Origin: Eledone cirrhosa | Taxonomy: Eukaryota | NCBI GenBank assembly: GCA_964016885.1 | Contig: OZ024747.1 | Location: forward strand, 310,001 to 374,000 | Direction of reading: 5' to 3' | DNA length: 64,000 nucleotides | Shown: positions 56,807-64,000 of the stretch, in pieces | Numbering within the stretch: position 1 is the first letter of the stretch | How the letters are laid out: each line of letters starts with the position of its first letter | Made by a program: the position numbers and the translations under genes | Notes under the pieces: model-generated | Databases searched by the model: none | Told to the model about the DNA's origin: nothing | Seen by the model: only the letters and a program-made list of their open reading frames with translations

Positions 56807-57181
56807 TGATATGTGGTGACAGTCGAGTTTGCAATTTTCAACTGTAATGAGATGGGTAAATTTCCTACCTTTTATACATTTTATACAGAGAAAAGTGGCT
56901 CCAGAATGCAAAGCCCTGTAAACTGTATTTCGACCAATCAGTGTGTAGTTTCACTGAATTACTACAGCTGATTGGTTTAAGCGTCACGGCTGGTTGAGCA
57001 TGCTAACGACCAATAGTCATATCCAACGTATCAATTGTTTTGCTTTTTTGAAATGATGAAAATAGCATTTTCTATTAATCATCACCATCAACATCACTTT
57101 TATTATTATTATTATTGTTGTTGTTGTTGTTGTTAGTGGTCGTGGTCATAGTGGTAGTAGAAGTAATACCCCTAGGCGTTA

Positions 57182-59510
57182 TTATTGTTCATTTAGCTTG
57201 GGTTTGAATTTATCAATAAAATTCTTTTCTTTGATTTTTCTCTTGATTACACTTGGGCTGTGTAATTTGTAGAATGGGAATATTATAAATATTCCCTGAC
57301 CATATGTTGCCAGGTGGCCGCTTAGGGGTATCTGACGGACATTTGGGTCTCTGATTTGTTGACGGTGTACCCGTGCACGTTCCGATAGTGCATTTCCAGT
57401 TTGACCGACATATAGTTCTTCACAATTCGGGCATTTAATGCAGTAAATTAGATTTCTGCTTTTGCAGTTCATATTTGCATTTGTGAATATTTTTCCAGTT
57501 TTTGTTTTCATATATTGACCGGCGTGTATGGATTGACATGTGCCGCATCGATTATCATTGCATTTAGATACAGTGAATGATTGGTCTTTGTTGTTAAGGT
57601 CAAACTTTGCTTTTGTTAGCAATTGCTTCAAATTTTTTGGCTGTCTTTTACTAAGAGTCAAAGATCGATCTGTGATTAAGCCTTTTAATTCATTACTTTG
57701 AGCAATGATCGGTAGGTTTGCTTTGGCAGTGTTGAAGATATTCTGGTGACATGGGTTGTGTGTCATTATAAATGGTATGACCAGTTCTTGGTTTCTTCTT
57801 CTTTGGGTTGTTCTAAGTTGTTGTATAGGTATTTTTATAGCCCGCTGTATGCCATTTTCTATAAGTAGAGATGGGTATTTTTGTTTGAGCAAAAATTCTC
57901 TTAGTTCTGTTAGGCGTTTGTACCTGGTATTCGTATCTTCTACAATGGTACAAATTCTTCTGGCTAGGCAGTATGGGATGTTGCGTTTTGTATGAGGTGG
58001 ATGGCACGACTTAAAATTCAGATATTGATGGGTGTCTGTGTGTTTATAATATATATCCGTGGTAATGGTGGTGTCGTTTTTGATTATCATTATATCTAGG
58101 AATGGTAATTTGGTCCTACTCATCTCTTTTGTGAATTGGAGAGATGGGTGTAGGTTATTCAGGAGGATATTGAACTCATCCAGAGTATCTAGAGATTCTG
58201 TCCAGATGATGAAACAGTCGTCAAGGTATCTCTTCCAAGATTTTTCAATGTACTTTCTAAAGTCAGTACTATATTTTTCCTCTATTTCTTGGTAGAGTTG
58301 TTGTTCTAAGTATCCCATTACGGAGTTCGCGTAAACGGGAGCAAACTTTGTTCCCATCGCTGTGCCTCTAATTTGGATGTAATTCTTTCCATTGAAGAAG
58401 AAAGTGTTGTTTTCCAGAATAAGTTTAACTGCGTCTAATATAAATGGCGCTGTGAATCTAATGGGAATCACTTCTCTATGTTTTTCCACCCAGTATTTAA
58501 CCGCCTTTATTCCTAAATCATGTGTAATGTTGGTGTAAAGGCTTACCACATCAAAACTGAGTAGAAGTGAATTCGTTTCCGTGGTTTTGGGAAGATGGGA
58601 CAGGAAGTCGATATCATCCCGGATGAAACTGGGTATGTGAATACATAGTGGTTTCAAAATAATGTCAACAAAATTGCTTAGACGGTGAGTGGGGCATGTT
58701 GGACCAGCTATAATAGGTTTTAAGTTTTAAGTCTTTTGGGTGTAATAATTTAATGTACTCACTGTTTTGTTCTCTTACTGCCAGTTGTATTTCTTTTGAC
58801 TTGTGAACTTTCGGTAGGCCATACAGGTTGCTGGGTTTCGGCTCAAAATTGGTGATGTAGTCTCTTTCCTTATCAGTAAATGAGTTGTGGTATTTTGAAG
58901 CCAGGTTGTTGATCTTCTTCATGATGTTGTGGTCTATATTTGACGGTATTTCATGATAGAATGTTGTGTCTTTCAGTTGTTCCTCAACCAAATCCTTGTA
59001 GTATTCAGTATCCATTATAACAACTGCACCCCCTTTATCTGCTTGTTTAATTATTATTGTTTTATCATTTTGTATACGTTTAAGTGCAGACATTTCTGAT
59101 TTGTTAATGTTTGGCCTAACATTAGTATTATGTCTAAGAGGAAATTTAGACAGGATGTCAATGTATTGGTCGAGATAGATATTTCTTCCTTTTGGCGGAG
59201 TGAAATTTGATTTATTCTTTACTAGTGATTCATCACTCTCATTATTTTTATCAGCGAAGAATTCTACAAGACGTAATTTTCGACAGAATTCTTGGGTATC
59301 CTCCTTCAGTTCTTGGTGGTTGACTGTTGGAGTCGGTGTGAATTTCAGTCCTTTTGACAGAATTTGCATTTCATCATTGTCAAGATCTCTTTTAGATAAA
59401 TTAATTATTTTAGGATCTACGTGTACAGCTGTTTTGGGTATGTTTCCTCCTGGAGTTTTTCTTTTTCCGGTTTTTGTTGTCCTGACGTTAAAAAATGAAT
59501 TTTTCTCTGT
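57182..59510 (-). CDS. PLE reverse transcriptase + GIY-YIG endonuclease frame (one +1 nt lesion at ~58718-58721)
   Basis: Frame open from 59510; removing one A in an AAAA run restores KDLKLKPIIAGPTCPTHRLSNFVDIILKP and joins the 234-aa and 491-aa ORFs. Confidence 0.85.
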
Positions 59511-59827
59511 TCAGGATTTATATTCCTGTTGGTGTTCGCTTGATGAACTTTTGGTCGTGATATTATATTTGGTTTCGTTATGTATTTTGTCCTATTTTTG
59601 GTATTCTGTATATTATTTTTCTTCCTGTTAGCATTATTTTTAACAATCTGGGAAAATGACCTAGGTTTGCTTTCAGGTTTAGATCGTTTTTTCGTCCAGT
59701 TTCTTGTGGGCAATCTCTGTTGAGATCTTGAGAGTGATCTGGTTATTCTACGTTTTGTTTCCACATTCCTTGTTGGTAGTCTCTGTTGAGATCTTGAGAA
59801 TGATCTCCTGGTTTTACTACTTCTCAT
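59417..59827 (-). CDS. PLE upstream basic ORF (Arg/Lys/Ser-rich), overlapping the RT frame
   Basis: 136 aa; duplicated SRSQQRLPTRN; RSFSQIVK motif; overlaps the downstream frame by ~94 nt. Confidence 0.6.
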   Translation of the reverse strand: MRSSKTRRSFSRSQQRLPTRNVETKRRITRSLSRSQQRLPTRNWTKKRSKPESKPRSFSQIVKNNANRKKNNIQNTKNRTKYITKPNIISRPKVHQANTNRNINPEQRKIHFLTSGQQKPEKEKLQEETYPKQLYT

Positions 59828-60021
59828 GGTCTGGTCAAAGGAATACCTATCGTGTGAATTCTTCTACCTCCTTCGATGCACCTCTCTCTGACCATTTGAC
59901 TCCTGCCCGTGTGTGAACCGGTTTGTGATTACCCCACCGCTCAACTGTGTGAATGCACACCCATGACTTTCGAGTGAACTTTCGAGACTGCCCAACCTGG
60001 GACGCCTCCATTGCCTTGCAA

Positions 60022-60185
60022 TGGTCAAGTGATACTGGTGACTGTGACACTTAGTGCCTTCGTGGGCCCCTGATGTTTTCAAGAAATATATATTTTAAAA
60101 AATTGGTCAAGTGATACACATAACTGTGACATTTAGTGCCTTCGTGGGCCCCTGATATATTCAAGAGATATATTCTAAAAAAATA
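60022..60185. repeat. Two ~81-bp tandem copies
   Basis: tggtcaagtgatac..actgtgaca.ttagtgccttcgtgggcccctgat..ttcaaga.atatat twice. Confidence 0.85.
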
Positions 60186-60280
60186 TATATCTTATCTCAA
60201 TTTACTTTATTTCATTTTATTTTATTTCATTTCATGTTATCTAATTTTATTTATTTACTTACTTGACTCCATTTATCTAT

Positions 60281-60316
<36 letters not shown>

Positions 60317-60384
60317 ATTTAAATTTTAATTTTAATTTTAAAATTTTAAAATTTAAATTTAAATTTTATTTATTTATTTAATTT

Positions 60385-60416
<32 letters not shown>

Positions 60417-60975
60417 TTACATTTAATTATACATTTAATTATATCTTATATTATATTATTTTAATTTAGTCTATGTTATTTGATTTTAGTTTACCTTATT
60501 TTATCTTATTTTACGATTATACTATATTATGTTCTATGTATATAATTTTTAATTTTATATTATTTTATCTCATTCCTTACCCTATATTTTATATTTTATA
60601 TGTAAGTTTGTTATGTATTTCTTTGTATTTCTTTTTATATATATTATAAGTCTGTTTTTCACCTATTTTTTACCTATTTTTTACCTACTCTTACCTAATC
60701 CCATTATCTTATCTACTCTTGTCTGTTCTCTTATCCATGTGTCTACTCTTGTCTGTTCTCTTATCCATGTGTATGCTTGTATGTAACTATATGTTGACAG
60801 CACCCCGCCCAACTGTGACTGATAGCACCCCTTATTTTTATTTTTATTTTTATTTTCATTTTTATTTTTATTTTTACTTTTATTTTTATTTTTATTCTTA
60901 TCCTCTATCGTCTATTATTACCTTTCATTCTTCAATGTCTTGGATTTGTTATTGCTTGTATGGTATGTAATTAAC

Positions 60976-61033
60976 CTTTATGCTCTGATGAGTCCCACTT
61001 ATAGTGCGGATGAAACAATGTTAGCAAGTAAAG
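60976..61033 (+). ncRNA. Type I minimal hammerhead ribozyme, family J
   Basis: cttta-tgct CTGATGA gtcc-cac-ttata-gtg-c-ggat GAAA c-aat-g TT agca-ag-taaag; ~115 nt before (TA)n. Confidence 0.8.
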
Positions 61034-61146
61034 ATATGCATATGCTATAAGCGTTCTTTGTTATTTATTTATTATATTACGGCTCTGTCCTCAGACATTG
61101 AGCTAACCTCATACTGCCTGCTGGATAAGTGGAGTGTTATACACCC

Positions 61147-63016
<1,870 letters not shown>

Positions 63017-63985
63017 TACTCTTTTACTCTTTTACCTGTTTCAGCCATCCGGCTGAGGCCATGCTGGGGCACCGCCCTTGTTGCTACACATTTTATCTCC
63101 AGCCTGTATAGGTTGGCCACTGGTGTAGGAGGGAGTTTGTTGCTGCTGCCCTTAGGTTTCCCTCGTGTCTTGCTGTGGGCTCATCCGGGATCCTGGATAA
63201 CAAGGTGTCGAGATGTTTCTTAAAGACATCCACCTCCCCGTCATGCAAGTCTCGCAGATGCCTCGGCAGCCTGTTGAAGAGTTGAGGGCCCTTGAATCCC
63301 AGGCTATTGCAATACCTGCTCCTTATTCTAGATGTGGAAGACGGGACCTTTGGCACCACACAGTGACGTCCTGTTCGACGGTTGGTCCAGCTCCCAATGC
63401 CAAAGTTTGGTGCTAGTCCCTCCAGGATTTTCCACATGTAGATCACTGCGTATCTCTCCCGTCTTCGCTCCAAGGAGTAGAGGTTCAGTTCCTTCAGCCT
63501 CTCCCAGTAACTTGTCTCCCTCATCTTGGCAATCCTCTTGGTGTAGCTTTGCTGGATTGCCTCAAGCTCTGTGGTTAGTTTGACACTATGGGGTGACCAC
63601 AGCTGGGAGCAGTAGTCCAGGCGGCTTAGGACAAAAGTCCTCCACAGTGTCAACATGGTGTCTCGATCTCTTGTAAGGAAAGTCCTCAAGATCCAGCCAG
63701 CGAATCGTCTACATGCTGTCGCCACCTTCATGATGTGTGAAGAAAAAGATGCATCATCGCTCATGTCTATGCCCAGGTCTCGTATCGATTTTGACACGGG
63801 GATATCGGTCCCTCCTGGTCCTGTGTAGCTGTGTTCCGCTATATTTGTGTTTGTGTTTGCAGGTTTGTATTGTAGGGCTTGGAATTTGCCAGCATTAAAC
63901 TGCATGTTGTTTTCTTCCGCCCATCTGTATATGGCATCCAGATCCTGCTGTAAGAGGGCAGCGTCAGCCAGGTTTTTGATTGCCT
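63017..63985 (-). mobile_element. CR1/Jockey-group LINE 3' part (RT thumb and C-terminus), (GAGTAAAA)n tail
   Basis: LQQDLDAIYRWAEENNMQFNAGKF, RDLGI, SRLDYCSQLWSP, LYSLERRRER, GPQLFNRLP; tail ttactcttttactctttta. Confidence 0.9.
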
Positions 63986-64000
63986 ATGCTACCTTAGTGT

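Larger units (their letters stand above)
56651..59860 (-). mobile_element. Nearly intact Penelope-like retroelement, Neptune-type
   Basis: IINLS..LSKGLKFTPTP, ADKGGAVV, YGLPKVHK, SFDVVSLYTNI, GTAMGT, RYLDD, FLDI, Cys linker CNDNRCGTC, GIY-YIG-type LIYCIKC..CEELYVGQT; 3' hammerhead; 3' end abuts (TA)n. 5' boundary uncertain. Confidence 0.92.

Overview
Repeat-dominated eukaryotic DNA from an AT-rich invertebrate. The SINE, LINE and microsatellite complement resembles cephalopod (Octopus-like) genomes; this is an inference. It contains degraded RTE and CR1-type LINEs, tRNA-derived SINEs, MITEs, several minisatellites and kilobase (TA)n-derived arrays. It also holds two Penelope-like elements (PLEs): a 5'-truncated Naiad-type copy at ~5.1-7.9 kb and a nearly intact Neptune-type copy at ~56.7-59.9 kb. 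The only probable host coding sequence is a 43-nt first exon (MADGGRRARVLILG-G, Rossmann-fold start) at 20184-20226. Two results stand out. (1) Reading by eye, I found 15 complete type-I hammerhead ribozyme motifs plus one truncated motif, in about 10 unrelated sequence families; nearly all sit in short non-coding modules abutting (TA)n tracts, and several are in inverted duplications that end at the ribozyme. (2) The Neptune-type PLE has a basic upstream ORF overlapping the RT/GIY-YIG frame in the -1 phase, with an in-phase U_UUU_UUA slippery heptamer, suggesting programmed -1 frameshifting. Most long YI/IY-rich ORFs in the track are microsatellite artefacts.
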